Shown here one piece after another: positions 1-15,000 of a stretch of DNA of 64,000 nt. The notes beneath the pieces are model-generated. The model saw nothing but the letters and a program-made list of their open reading frames with translations, had not been told where the DNA came from and searched no databases. Origin of the DNA: Yuukianura sp. NJ FZ-2021. Its lineage: Eukaryota. Position 1 is the stretch's first letter, and each line of letters opens with the position of its first letter. Position numbers and translations under genes: made by a program. The stretch spans positions 4,774,001 through 4,838,000 of the forward strand of contig CM102286.1 in NCBI GenBank assembly GCA_046563655.1, in the 5' to 3' direction.

Positions 1-3000
1 ATATATAAAAGAAAATTGGGAAATTGACACGCCCAATGTATTTTCTATTTTCTGAACAACTTTTTCAAAGAATCTCTATTTTCCCAGCAAAAAATTGAGT
101 CTATAGCATCAGATGACACTTTTGAAAATACGACCACTTCGAACTTCTGGCGCTTTAAGCCAACATCCCTCTCGCATTGAATTTGATTCCAATTTCATTG
201 TTTTTGTTCATCGTGGGAACATTTCAAAAAAGACATGGATAATATTTCAGAAATTGTAGCAAACGAAATAGTATGTATCACCTTCATGGTAAATTTTTTC
301 GAAAGATGTCCCAGTACACCATTATTCAATGTTATGTTACAAAGAAAAGTTTGAAAACGAATTCGTTATGCCAAAATAGACAACACCACTCAAAAAATGG
401 ACATGCGTAGGCCTATTACCGTAAATTCAAGAAACTAACGGTTGTTAAAATTTTGTGAAAGAATTTTGAAATTGCAAAATTTCTGAATTTGGCAAATTCG
501 AATCTTACCATCTAAAAGGAAGTCTATGGCTTGTGGTTGAGCACTGTTTGCATAGAGAATGAGGTCATTTGAATTGTCACCAGATACAGCGTAGGCGTAG
601 AGATTTCCATCAGCCTTCAAGTGTGCGAGAGATCCCAAGTGATGGAGTGTCACTGTCTGTCAAGTCAAGAAAAAACAGAATTTTAAAATTACTTTATTTT
701 TATATCATCTTGATACTTCAAAATTCAACCATTTTTTTAAATCTGGAATTCTGAAACTTTCAAAAAAATATTTTCATTACGAGCTATGACATTTAGCAAT
801 ACAACATTTTTGCTGAGGCTACGCCAACATTCTCTCCAGTCGTTTGGAAAAATACAAAATGCGGATTTAAACTTTTAGATTACGTTCAAGCGTATTGCGT
901 ATGCTTTCCTAGGGAATGTTTGTTATTAAGAGTCCATTGTTCTATTGTTCCAGTTTTCATGAAAGATAGAACTTCATATCAAAAACAGGAATTTCATCAG
1001 AAAAGTGAATGTAAATGTAAGATGTGTGGGTAATACTATTTGCACAACTCTGCAGGAAGTTTGATTTTAGAGTGAGATGTTATGTCCATGCCTAAAATTT
1101 TCATTCCAACTTTTTCCAAATTCAATTGAAGTTTTTGTATGCTCTAGATCTTTCCTTGGACTGGGAAGTTTGGCCGCAGGGGTTTCACTTTCCCTTCAAT
1201 TTCAATTGGAATGATTCTTTGTCATGTAGCATTTGCTAGGAAATGATCGAACGACCCATAAATTCTATTCAATTCCACTCACTACATGGAAACTTCAAGA
1301 TGGAAATATCTTTTTCTTCGCTTTCTTCCAATATTTTGGACATCTTTTTTGAAAAAGAGAGAAAAAACGGAAAAGGCAAGTTTCCCTTGAATCAGAAATT
1401 GTAAAGGGAGAATGTCAACCTTCGTAGGGGAAATGTGTTGAATCGATTCCAAAGTCAAAGGAGTGTCAACATTCAAGTCCAATTTTTCTTGTCCTTTACT
1501 GCGTGTCACAAACAGAGCCCCCTTTCATGTTCCCATCAATTATGTTCTCACACTTACGTGAGCTAATTTCAAAAATAATTTTTATGAATAATTTTCAAAG
1601 GAAATAATACCCTCAGAGAAGAAAAAATTTTGGTGTGTCCATTTATACTGATCTTGAGAGGTCAAGAACGCTGCAAAATTATAAAGCACAAAATCTGTGC
1701 CATACTAACCTTAACATGAAATTGCAAATTTCGAAATTTTGCACTTTGAAATATTTATGGAGAAAGCAAGTTTTTTTTGACGATTTATTGAAAAGATAGT
1801 TAAAGAAAAAAAATGTGGTGAAGATTTATTTTGCCACAAAATGTTGAAACGGCAAAAAAAAATTGTGAAAAAAGTGTCAACTCTTCCCAAAAATTAGTTT
1901 GAAAACGGTTGGCAACAAAGCTTCTTCGGTGAGCATTAAACCCTACACTAACGCTAAAGTAAAAATCGGTTGATTTGTTCTGAGTAAAAGCTCACAAAAA
2001 AAGAATTGAAACGACTGTTCGTCCCTTATTAGAAACACGTTGATGCACTTGAACTGAACTGTGCATCCTCCTCTTGAGTCCGTGACAATCAAAATCATTC
2101 CTTATAAGGCAACATCCATTATTTTCTGTACTTCGTACAGGATCTGACAAAAAATAATGACTTGACATCAAATGATATGAGAGACTGGGGTTGTAAGGTT
2201 GTAAAGACTTCAGACACAAACTTCGTTTTTTTAAGCTTCAGAGAGAAAGCACTACCAACCAACTTTATTTTTTACTTCTTCACTCATATTATTCCTCACT
2301 CGCGCTCTTAAAAATGAAAAAAATCCCAAGCGACTTATAAAACTCTTTCATGTTTCCAAATGTTAAAAGTTAACGAGGAAGGTCGTTTCGACTCTATTTA
2401 AAAAATACAGTAACTTTCCAAAGTTATTTTCACTGCGTCGTATAAATATCACGCAGTTGGATTAACTTTTCAACAAAATCTTGATATCCTCTATTGCAAT
2501 TAGTTTTGTTCCAACTTTTTCCAATTTCCAAGTCACGAAAAGATTTTTTTGTGTGTAACAAAAGATTGGACTTGACTTGGAAGATGAGGAAACAAAAGTG
2601 TGGATCTTCCCACCTAATCTGATTGTAAAGAGTCATGCTGATCGTGAAGGTAATCATCGAAGTGTGAGGACTTATCAAATTACTACGAACGACACGGAAC
2701 ATGATACCTTGGCAGTTCTAGAGCCCTTGAAGGGTCCCTCCAAAATTTCAAACTGCGGAGCTAACAACGTGCAGAGTAACAGATAAGACCCCTTCGTACT
2801 AAATTATGCGTAGCTTTTGTTGGCAAGAAGAAAAGGAAAAAGTTGTTCCATCACTTTTTTTTGCAGTCCTTCGAACCTGAACTGAATACACAATGCTTTT
2901 TAGTTGGGGTCAAAGAAACTTGAAAGAGAGGGGAAAAAAGAGCCCTTCAAAATCACGAGGCTTCGTACAAAAAGGGCCTCTCAGGGGACATATAGTCAAC

Positions 3001-6000
3001 TCCAATATATTTCTACGCTTCTTTATTGCCCAAACAACAACAATTGAATGCTTAGCTCAGCTTGCAACTTGCACATTCTGTCCTGAATTTCTAATACAAT
3101 TTGTACCAAACAATACCGTCCAACTTCCATCATACGCCCTGTCAAAACCAATATCCGCCAAATTTTTATGTCAATCACTTTTCATAAGCGTCTGGACCTT
3201 AACTCGGAGTTTTATGGTAAAAAACAACATGAAATCCAGAAATGCTAAACAATCAAGTTAGGCAAATTGAAAAACAAGTAAAGCAAATTGTAGTTTCGCA
3301 GTTAAGTAGCGTTTAATGTTATTCTGTCAGGACAAAGTTTAAAAAAAATTGGCAACATAGAGAAACCAGTTTTGAATCATTAAATTTCCAGCAGACGGTA
3401 GGGAAAGTGATATAATGTAATTGGACACCGAAACAAGAAAAACGTACACAATGCCTCTCCATTTTTCTTGAAGCACGCCTTTAGATGACATTATTTGGAA
3501 AGTAAATATTACGCAAGAGAGGAAAAAGAAAAGGAAGCAGGGACTTGTGGATGTTGACTTAAAGAAAAAACAGTAGGCGAATCCAAGTACACACTTACTA
3601 CTTCCAAGTACACAGTTCAGTGTAAGGTTTGGTCTTAAAGTAGAGCACGAACCTGGTAACCAGGAAATGTTGCCCGCAAAAGTCCAAATAAAAACAAAAC
3701 AGACAAGGACCAAACTAGTAGAAGATTCACATTATTTTCTATCAAGCAATTGCACAAAGCTCAAACCCAGTTCGTGCGTCTGCGCCTCAAGTCTAACTAA
3801 TTTTCGCAGAACACAGACAAAATTGGACCGAGTTTGGGGTTGTTAGTGTCAAATTTTGATTTTTTTTGGGCTCGACTCAAGTCCAGTCGTGGTAGAATCA
3901 ACTAAACCTAAGTGTACTAATAGGCCCTTACGAAGTACTCCCTGCGGTTACACAACTAACGGCCGCACTATTACTTAATTTGAACATCACTTTTGTTCTG
4001 CTTCTAGGAAACTGTCATTTTGCTCCATTTTTTGAAATATGACATTGTTCACCTGTTTCTCTCGAAACCATTCGAAACTAAAAGTGTAGCGGCAACCTTG
4101 AATTTGAAAATGTACTTGTGAGCATCATCGTTCCTTGACGTATAATAAACCAATTTCTTATCCTTTTTTCTCTAGAAATCGCATTTCCTCAGATCCGGCA
4201 AGCGGAACCAACACAGAAAGAACCGGGAAGCTTATGAACAACAGTAGTTCCTGAGCCTGTTTACATTTAAGTACTTTTTGCAATCCTGTTCCGCTGCTTC
4301 TTGTGTAAGAACAGCGCTGCTACTGACTACGTTAAGGAAAAGGAACAGAAAATACGAAACGGAAGAGATTTTATCATCCGCTTTTCCTTAAGTAGACATT
4401 TGCGGAACCTTGCTCATTTTTTTCGTGCAAAAAGAAGGCGTGTGAGCTTACGTGTTATTTTGAGGCAATAAATAGGAATTTTCTTTTTTATGGAACTTCC
4501 TTCTTTCAACAATGGCAAAAAAATCGGAAATTTGTTTCCTTGTGCTTTTTACCAGGAGAGAAAGTATATTTCTTCACAAAAGACTTGTGCTTGTGTAACA
4601 CTACTCAGATCTAAAGGAAATAGAGTCCTTACAGATACTGGTTGCACAATCACAAATGTATTTGCGGAATACAACAAAAAAAAAAGAAGATTGCGCGGGA
4701 AAAGATACACGTGGAGTCTTTTTTTGAAAATAAACAAAAGGCATGTCGATCAAAAGCTCTTTGAACCAACAACGCACCTTGTTGAAAGATTGGTCCATGA
4801 TTTGCGTGATGTCCAACTTTTTTTTCACTTTGGAAAACAAATCCTGAAACGAACGTTAGCTACACTTGAAACTTTCGCGCTATTTTGCAGTCTGCACACT
4901 AATGTTGCACTGTCGTGTCGTAGGACCAAGGCATGTTTGATTTTAAAAATTGATGAGAAATTTTTAGTTCAAAACGACTTTAGAAAAGACGTCATTTGAG
5001 AAAAGTCAAGTGTTGAAATTGAAATAGGCTTTCCATGCAAGTCGTAGTGAGTTTGAATAAGAAGATTCGAGGCGAGAATGCGAATAAGATGATTATGGGA
5101 ACCATTTCTTCCGTGGACTTAAATTTCCTTTTAAGCTCGGATATTCACTTTCCTTCTCCCAGAAAAGTCTTGTCCTGGAGGTAAAAGTGTTAACTTTAGA
5201 AACTGAAAAAACGCTAACTTCAAAACAGCTAATGATTTATTCATGGAAAAAGTGTACTGTGTGGAAGTTGGCATTTTCTTGATATTCTTTCTCCTTCGTG
5301 AGAGATCTTACGTACAAAAGAAACTAAAGCAAGCAAAGGAAGAAGCTTATCCACGCTTCTGAAGGATTCCTAGAAAACCATGGGAACCACAAATTCAAAC
5401 CAACCAGAAACGTGCACAGCTCTTAACTGCGGCAAAAGTCTTTAAAACTAACTCTTGCTTTCCTGGAGGGAGTGAAATGAATATCATGTCTCACAGTCTT
5501 GGAATTTCAAACAAAGTTTTCTAAATCTGGCTCTTTTAATTAAATTTTTAACAAAACCGAAAAAGAAACACAACGCGGGATTTAAATCATTAAAACCGAC
5601 TTTACTGAGGACTTCTGAAGTCCGTCTTTCTAAAAACTAAAAAAATGCCTCAGGCTATGTTTACTGCACAATGTTGAACCTGCAGTGCGCAAACTCATCA
5701 ATTCTAGTTAATGAAGCAATAGGAGAAAAAATCAAAAGAAAACAAAAACAGGAAGAAAAGTCTAAAAAAAATGAAGCCCTACAGTTTCGCCGTTCGCCCG
5801 ATTTAAAAAAAATGCGGCTGCTGGATAGTTTTGAGTTCATGTTTTTTAAAAATAATTTATGCATTTCTGTTTAAAACTTACGTTATCGAAAAAAGTTAAT
5901 GTTAGTGTAAACGAGGTTCTGAAAGTTGATGTAGTGAGAGACTAAATTATTTTTGAAAGTATCAATTTCATTAAGGTAACGTTGAACTCTAGAAGACTAA

Positions 6001-9000
6001 AAAAGTAAACCTAACGTGTAGAAGTTTAATAATAGTCTAGCGTCGTCGTTCAAGTAAAGACCTTATGATCTCCATAAAATTCGGAGGGGAAATTTAAAAT
6101 TGTGGAGGAGTGCATTGTACTTTACTTTGGACCTAGTCAGCATTAGGTTTAGACTTTTAAAAATAATGGGCGTTGTGCCTTTCCTTCTCTCTCTTCGTAA
6201 AAAAGAAGAAGATGAGGGCTTGTCTGTGTTAGCTGGATTCGAATCTTCCCTCAACCCCTTCGTCTTCAATTGTTTTCACAGCTGTTAATCTCTGTTGTCG
6301 TGATTTGGCCTGGAGGAGGATAAGATGGATGCATTGGAAGAACCTAACAAAAGACCGTCATCATCTTCGTGAACATTTTACAATTCCCTCCACGTCCCAG
6401 TTTAAGCCGTCTAAGACGTAAAAATCAGCTCCAGCTTTTTACAATAGGATTTGGATTTTTTCTACTCTCTCTCAGACACCGAAGCTTCCCCATGGAAGAA
6501 ATGGCGGGAGGGGGGAGGCTGGAAGGGGCGGGGGATTAAGTTTAATGTGAGACTTGGTGGGGTCTTGCTCCTGGCAAACGCTTGTCTTTCCCATGCATCT
6601 CATCCGTCAAATCCAGATTTCAAGTTCACAAAAAGTTGCATTCAAAAGCAAGTGCTTATTTCCATTGGTCATTATTCCCTACACGCTTCAATTAATTAGA
6701 ACGACTTTCTTCAATTCTATTCACAAAATTTACTTTCCTAGCCACTTTGGATACGGCAGGTTCTCAGTCAGCGGGGTTTTGATTTTTTTTACTCTAAAAT
6801 TACTCAAACTCTACAAAAAAATCAATTGTTGGAAATTTTCACAAGAAATATTCTTTCGCAATGAAGATGGTGAAAGTTTTTTAACATAAAAAACGTGCTT
6901 TCTATTAGTACAAAAGTACACGTAGAAAAGAATTGCAATTTTTAGTCCAAGAACCAAACCTAATCTAAATCCTATTTTTATACCATAAAATGTTGGAAGA
7001 TCAAAAAACTTGCTGAGAAAAGTGTAAAATCGACCCAAAAATGTCCAACATCAAAAGATCTTTTTTTTTTGGAAAGTATAAAAAATTTCCGATCCCAAAA
7101 CCTCGCTTTTACAAAAGAAAAGATTTTTTTGCCGCGTCTCGACTACCCGCATTTTGAATTCCAAAAACTCACAAAAGTCGCACCACTAAAATGTCCAACC
7201 TTTCCATTTTTTAAAATTTTGAAAATATTTCGAAACCTTGAAACAGACACCTCGAACATCCGCTTAAGCGTCCTACCTCTCCAGTAATTGAGTTAATGGC
7301 TCTGCATTATGTTTCTAATGGGATCAGTTATGTCATTTTGTTCCAATAAATCACTCTTTCTTTTTTAACCAAAAATAGTAAAAAGGAGAGAAAGATGAGA
7401 CGGAAGTGTTGGATTTGGCCTGTTCCCCATGTGGCAAGGGACTGTGAAGATCCGTTTGGAGATCTCTTTTTAAAAAAAGAATGTTATTGAAATGGAATAT
7501 TTTATATTTTTCTTCCCTTGTAACTCAAGGAATGGAGCTGGTGCGGATGAAGTGATTGCGAGGGATTTTGCTTTCACAACAAATGCAAAAAGGCAGACGG
7601 GCAGCATCTGCTTTTGCTTGTCTTCTTCTTCCAAGTGAAAACTGGGACCTCAGGGGATGTGGAAATAATCTATTTCAATATTCGCACTGCCACAGGGAAA
7701 TTATTGAACCGTGAACACCCTCCTGCCGCAAGACTTCCATTTTCCATCATTTCGCAACTTCAGATGGATTCAAAATGTCTTAAAACTTTCCCTATACCTA
7801 GCCACAGCCTAACTTTCTCCGCGACCTTCGACTTTTGACCTACGCTGTATCCCGGACAACTTCAAAACCTGGCGCTTTCTTGGGAATTAATTCCCTGAAT
7901 AAATTGAACTTCAACGTAGTACTAAGGTTGATCCTGAGTCAAATTGTTCTTACATTCAATAGCCTCCAGTTCTATGAAAATAGACATCTTGTTTGTTATG
8001 TCATTGTTAGTTTGTTTTAGATGCAATATCCCGTGGCGGGAAAGTTTGAAATTGGCTTCGAGCTGTGTCATCTAATAATTTTTGATTCGTTACTCAACTG
8101 TGTCTAATTGAATGTCCAATGCTGATCCTAAAGCGTGTACTGTTTGTCCCAGTAGCAGCTGGAAATCATTTGTCCTGTATAACACACATGGCAAATTTGA
8201 CTTGAGCAGTGGACAGGCCGTTATAGGGGGAGCCCTTGGCAATGCAGGGCCCTTTGCAACGTGTAGTAATTAACAAACGCAAAGGCAAACCCATTACCCA
8301 AATCATGTCATAACATTATAGAAAACACATATGGCCAAGCCCTTCATTTTCAACAAAAACCAAAATGCATATGCATCCAAGCCCTCTGGGGAATTTTTTT
8401 TTCATTAAAATTCAACTAGACCAAATGCAATTGGGTCAACAGTAAAATAATTTAATTTTTTAAAGAAATTTTCTGGCTCAATAGCATCAGAAATTACCAA
8501 AATATGGTCGTTAGGAAAACACAATATTAACTAAAATATGTACATATGTTAACGATTTTCTGAAATTGAATATTTCCTTTGTTTTTCTTTTCTAAGTTTT
8601 TTTTTCACATTTTATGTTAATAAAATTTTTGTTTTTGGTCCAATTGCGGTTGACCTTTATGAGTTGATTCAAATGAAAACATATGTGAAGCCTAAAAAGT
8701 TATAGTTTGTTATTTCCTATCCATTTGGAATGAACATTATTTTCAGTTTGTTATGAAATCATAAAATATTTCAGATTTTTAAAATAAGCATTTTTTCAGT
8801 TCAAAATTACTTCTTAAGTAGCTTTTTGCTTTTCTAAGCACCCCTGTTCTAAAAGCTTGTTTAGAAAAAACCATAAAAATATTTTTTTCGTCCGGTAATA
8901 AAAAATTCGAATGTGTTCCATATCGAGAGCACAAGGCATTCATTACTTCAAGTCGTTTGAGTCCGAATACAAAAATTTATCGAAAAACTATGTAATTTAC

Positions 9001-12000
9001 CTGGTGACTCAAGTCAGTGCTGGAGTGGTTGATGGTGGTGGTGGTTGCCATTTTGAGTGTGTACTGTAACTGTACTGGATGGCCCAGAAAAAAAAGTTTC
9101 GATTCCCAAAAACTTTCTCTAGTATACTTGAACTTGTTACCTAGTAATCGTCTTTGCTACTTCCAGATGCATAACAACCAATTCCAAGTAGAACTTTCAT
9201 TTCCAGGGAAAAAAGAGTAGGAGATTTTCTCTCGGAAAAACCTGAAAATGGAGCAGAGTTTAGTTTTTTTTTATTTTTGGGTTAGAAAAATCAACATTAT
9301 GATTTTAGTAGAACGAGAATAGACTCTACGTACTAGATGCTTATGCTCATTCCATTACCCGGGATTAAATTATTCAGAAATGGAAAGTAGAAAGCGTGTA
9401 GCCCCCCAAAAAGTCTCCCTTCCCTCCATTTGAAGTCCACTTTAAACTTAATTTGGGAAACATGGAAATGGGAAGAGAAAGCACTTCGACTAAACAGAAA
9501 GCGGCCACTTCCCTTCTGTCCAGTTTCCTTTTTCTACTCTATGCCTATGTCCGTCTACCCGCATAATGCCCTCACATCCTTCAAAATTAATTTGCCAAAT
9601 TCCACTCTTCATTATTTAGTTTCCTCCTCACTCTTCTCTAATATCCTTGTTAAATTTTTCAAAATATGTTCAAAAACTATGCCTCACATAATTCAAATTA
9701 ATCCTCCCAGGCACAAAATGGCTGCTCCTCAAACAATAAATTACTCAAACTTTTGAGTTTGTTTAGAGCAAAGCAGTAAAAATTTACAGCCTTTTTCAAT
9801 CAAATTATTTTCAATTTAACTTTTAGTTTGAAATTTTTTTTAACAAAATGTAACATAAAAGTTAAGTTATGTTATCCATTTATAGGCTACAAGCTCCAAA
9901 TTAATCCGGTGTAAAAATTAACAGAAGGGAAACTACGAGTTGAGATTTTTTTTTAACATTGTACTTTCCACATCCATTTTGAAACGTACTGTACTTTTCA
10001 AAATGAAAACGGCTTTGGCTAGCAAAATCCACAGTAAAGTACTAAGAACCGCACACACTCTGAGTTTTCAGTCATTATAAGCTTCTTTCTCTTTTCGAAT
10101 TTTCAAATTTTGGCAGCGCAGTATGCAGAATGCCCTGAAGTGTGTGGTGTAATTAATGGGAACTGGACATTGGAGATTCCTTTTATCCCTGTTCCAAGTG
10201 AAAGCAAAGTTTCTCCCCAACTGTCGTTTGCATCTGGTTCAATTTATATTAGATTAAATGGAAGAAGTCCATTTACAGAAACCTGGGAGGCATCCAATAT
10301 CCCCTGTCCCAACATTCTCTCCAGTAACACACACATACACTTTAGGATTTGGATTCAGATGGATTTATGTTCCCTGGTCATTCCATTATGTCTCCCATTG
10401 GAGAAACACCCTATGTAAATAGCTGGAAGAGAGACAGGCCTAACTACGTTTCTCCTTTGATCCGAGCGGACTACAAAGACTTTCTCTCAACCAACACAAA
10501 GTACTTTCCCTAACCTAATGCATATTATTACAAAGTTTCTTCTGTCTAGCCCTGGATGCACTCTATATGTTTCCAATATCCCAGGATATACTGTAGTACT
10601 TTCATTTCCAAATTCTGGATCTCCCGCCAACGCCAAACACACCAGCATTAATTAATCATCAAGAGAGATAGATGAGAAGAGAAATTTACTATAGGAACAA
10701 ACTGGGAACGGAAAATCGGACTTGGAATGGACAAAGGAACCTGCCAGAACCTAATGCTTATTTTCTGATTCCCGAATTTCTCAACTGATTCAAAATACGT
10801 TTCCAAAGATACAGTTTCTGCTTTGCTCCCAAAAGGATTTTGTCTAATCCGCTTTCTCCTCAGGAGGAAAGCACAATAACTTTGGAGCGCGTTATTCAAA
10901 ACGTAGGAGCCCGCTCTATTCAAAATTCAAACTCCTTCAAACGTCTCCCCTCTTTCAGACGTTCACATACACACAAATTAAATTTAATAATAAACCGTCG
11001 TAGTTCCTTTGGTAAAAGCTCGTCGTCGTCGTCCTACGTTTGGCTTTTGTCAAATCCTTTGGAGACGCACGCCTTCTCAAATTATGATATATTACTACAC
11101 GACATCCAGCACCGTTCCAGCACCACCTTTAGCTTACACCACCACCACCACCTTGCATCTTCAAAGTCAGCATCATCAGTTGACATAATCTCCAAGATAC
11201 ACAGAGCACCACCACGACCAGATGAATGTGACCAGAATCTTTGAAGGCTAATTACAATCCTCCGACGGTTGTCAACTGCTCAATAAGAACCAAAAAGGAA
11301 ACCTCAGGGGCGGGTAACACGCACATAAATGAATCACGTCTTTTCCTGTCTTCAACGCCGCCATTAAATTATTAATTCACGAAATCATGCTATTATAAGG
11401 CGCTCAGGACAAATGCTGGTGGGGCGCTGGAGCAAGGAAGACGAAAAGCAGAACACTTTCATGTTTTACAGGAGAACATACATTAGTTTCCGACATACTA
11501 CGTACGTAGTACATTCAATTCCTAACTCAGAACCAACATTAACCGCATGGAAACTTAGAAAAAGAAGGACGACACTTTTTTCATGGTCTTGACATAAAAA
11601 TCTACAGTCGTTTTAACATGGATCTCAAAACCGCCTTAGTCTATTATTTAATCCATGTCAAATGAATTCCAAGGACTGGAGAAGTTATAATTGAATTTTT
11701 AAGTGTACTGTAAATAATTCACTCCTTTTGTGACCAATTGAGTCCATTAACCAAAGTAAGAAAAATGCTTGAAATTTAAATACAAAATTTAAAAAAAGCT
11801 AGCATTTGTAAATAAAATTTTGACGACTAAAAACTGTGTCTTTGTTGAAGAATTTTTAAATTTTAATAACAAGCCGTCCGTAAGTGCTGACGAAAAATTT
11901 TATTGTGCGCAAAAGTTGAAGGAAAAAAATGGCACATTTCTAAAATTTTCACTCTTGTGCTTTCCCCAACTTTTGAATTTTGTGCTTTTTGGAATGAAAA

Positions 12001-15000
12001 TTCTTCAAATGTATGTGTAGAAACGTTTCAAATTTAATTTGACTTTTGCTGGGGTATAATTAAACATTTTCTGCCTCGGTGAACGTAAACAATGGAACGT
12101 TTTTGGTTATGCCAAAGTTAAAAAAGAAAGACGAAAATCCTAGATTAAAAGCTACAGCTCTGCTGGTGCGTTTTGCTTCTTTTTAATGCACTTTTTTAAA
12201 AGCGTAAAGAAAAGTAGTAAAACGCGCCGGGAGAACTCAAAATTTAAAACGGTTTTAGTACGCATCAGAGATTTGGCGGGGAGAACTTCAACCCAGTTTA
12301 TTTTTTTCATCCCTGACAATATCCCCCCTCCGTTGGTCTACTTTTTCAAAAAGTAGGGGAAGAGAAGTTATAAAATCGAATTCCCTTTCACTAGGCTAAC
12401 TTTTTCAAAAAACGTGGAAGGCTTGCCGCCAGGTCGTTCAAAGTTTAAAAATGCTTGTATCAGCCCAGCCCTTCTTACCAGTAGTATATTTTCATCTATC
12501 ATAAAAAGAAGTCTCCAAGTCCCAAATCCTGAGATTTCTTACAATCTCAATTCATGTCCTTGGCACACCAATTTTTTGCAAACTAAAGGCAAACCTTTGA
12601 TTTATTGTTCGATATGTGAGAAAAGGACTTTCTCCAACTTGTAGACACACAAAAGGAAAAGACGGTTCTAAATCAGAATGACTAACTATGTAAACTCGCG
12701 TAGTTTCAAAGTTCACGATTCACCCGGGTATTATTGTTCCCGGGCATTTCAACTTTTTCTAACTTGTAAAAACTAACTAGACTTGGTAAAATACGGTAGG
12801 AAGGAAAGTTAAAACCGAGAAAAAATTCGCGCCTTGTACAAATCCTTGTAAAAAATGAACCCAAAAAGATATGGAAAAATATAACTCAAACTAGGTTTAC
12901 TACTTTCTTCAACAGTTTTTGGAGATTCATGAAAGTGACTTATTAATGGTAGTGGGAGTATGGAACGTAAAGTATATTCGAGTCCAAATACCCCGGTGGT
13001 GGTAAATGTTCAAAAAAAGTTCAACGTCAGCATTTTTTCACAAAAAATTTACTTGGCCCAGTATTCCCATCTTTTTATAATAACTAATCTAAGGGAAGAG
13101 GGGCTTACGCAGCCTCAGCTTTTCTAAAAAAGAAAAAAAAAACTTGAAAAGAGAATCCATATATTTTCATTTTCCTTTCAAATTATTTTACGAACCAAAA
13201 AAAACGAACGAGGCTCTTGAAACCTCTGAAACTTTCATTCTCATTAAAAATAATATTCTTTCCAAAAGTATGAAGCTCAAGAGCTCCTAAGTTCCACGCT
13301 TTTTTCCTTTTTGTTCAAAATCCCGCCACAGTTTTTCAGCTCTTTTCAAATTTGTAGGTCAACCTCGCTTATGTCGTTTGTGGAATGTGCAAAAATTCCA
13401 AAAGCTTTTTAATATCTTCCCGAAAGTATAGTAAAATCCTAATTGTAAATATCCTTTAAAAAGTCGGGAAAGCTCCGCAGTAGCCAATAAATGTCAATTT
13501 GATAACATTGTTACCAAAAGAAATTAAAATACCAACACATTCTTTCTCTTTTCCAAAATTCATTTGGTTAGAAGTAGAGCAACTAGAAAACCAAACTTTC
13601 ACTTTCAATCGTGCAGTTGAGAATGAATCGATTGCGTTTGTGTACTTAAGGGAGAGTTAAGTTGTACGACATTGGATAACAATAACATCGGAACAGCTTG
13701 ACTGGAAGAACCAATTTCTAAGAGCCCTTAAGTCCTCCAATTTACGACTAAAATATATTTAGATTTGAGTTCAGATAGGCCTTTGGAACATAGTCAGTAC
13801 AATCCAAAAGTCCAGGAAAAGCAATAAAAATACTTAGGTTGTTACGAAACCTTAATTTCCCTCTCTTTTTTATATTTTCGTGGTAACTTTTTTTTGAAGT
13901 AGCCTTTGCGTGTATATGCCTTTCAGGTAATTTCATTTTAATGAAGCCCTGCAACCTTCCATTTGAAATTCATTTCCGCTTAAAAAAATATTGTAAGCCT
14001 CTTTCGTAGTCGCCGTGGCGTATATCTTCCTAAATGAACTTCAACTGTGTCCAATGAAGTCTAAGCTCCCACAGAAGTTAGAGCAATAATTCATAACAGC
14101 TTATAGCTACAGGAAACTTCCGGCTCTGACTGTACCAAAGTTTACGTTGAATAACCTAACATAGGATTCTCGGACTGTTCTGGACGGCACTTAGAGACTG
14201 ATGCACTTCTGAACGAGAATTTACGAGATTTGTTTAAGTTTGCAGTCTATGATTGCCTCTCTAAAAATGTCCGGTTACGTGCTCCATGCAACTATAGTGT
14301 CACTGTCACTGTGAGCAAACGTGCAGAAACGAAAGCATTTAAAAAGAAGGTCATTGTGTTTTGGAGAGGACACGTTTTCAAAAAGTTTTAAAAGTTGGAG
14401 CCATTGGGGAGTCAAATATGGCACGCAAGAGCAAAAACGACTACTGTAGAATAGATGTCAATGCAACCTCATAGCTCCAAAGGAACTTTACAAGTTTGAC
14501 TTACACTGAACCTTGTAAAAAGGAAGAAGACTTTAGAGCAATTTCACTTATTTATGGGAGCAGTTTCTAAGTTGAAGTCTAGCAGCACCACTTCCCTACC
14601 TACCTACTTTTGCCCTACACTTAAAAGTCAAATTAAAGAGAGTGTCGATAAAAAGTGAAAGTGTTTCCATGAAAATGGTGAATGGAAACACGGAAAACAG
14701 TTCTTTTCAGAACTCATTTTGTTTCACAAGTCAAGAAGGTGTTGGAAGAGTAGTTACTCCCTGGAGAGTTTCAAAAAAGAAAGCACTACAGGCTGGTTTT
14801 CAACCTTTTGGGCTTTACTTTCTCCTCATTTTGGAATCAAACATCCCAGAAACTTTGTTGCTACTTTCACTTTTTTGACAAGTTAACCTGACTGTACATG
14901 GAAATAAAAGTTGTGTTGAAAAGGGCTTCCTGCAGCCAGTTGAAATTCAGGTTCAGAGAAAACGAAGTGGGCGATTTCAAAGTTTTTGTGGGGATAGCCA

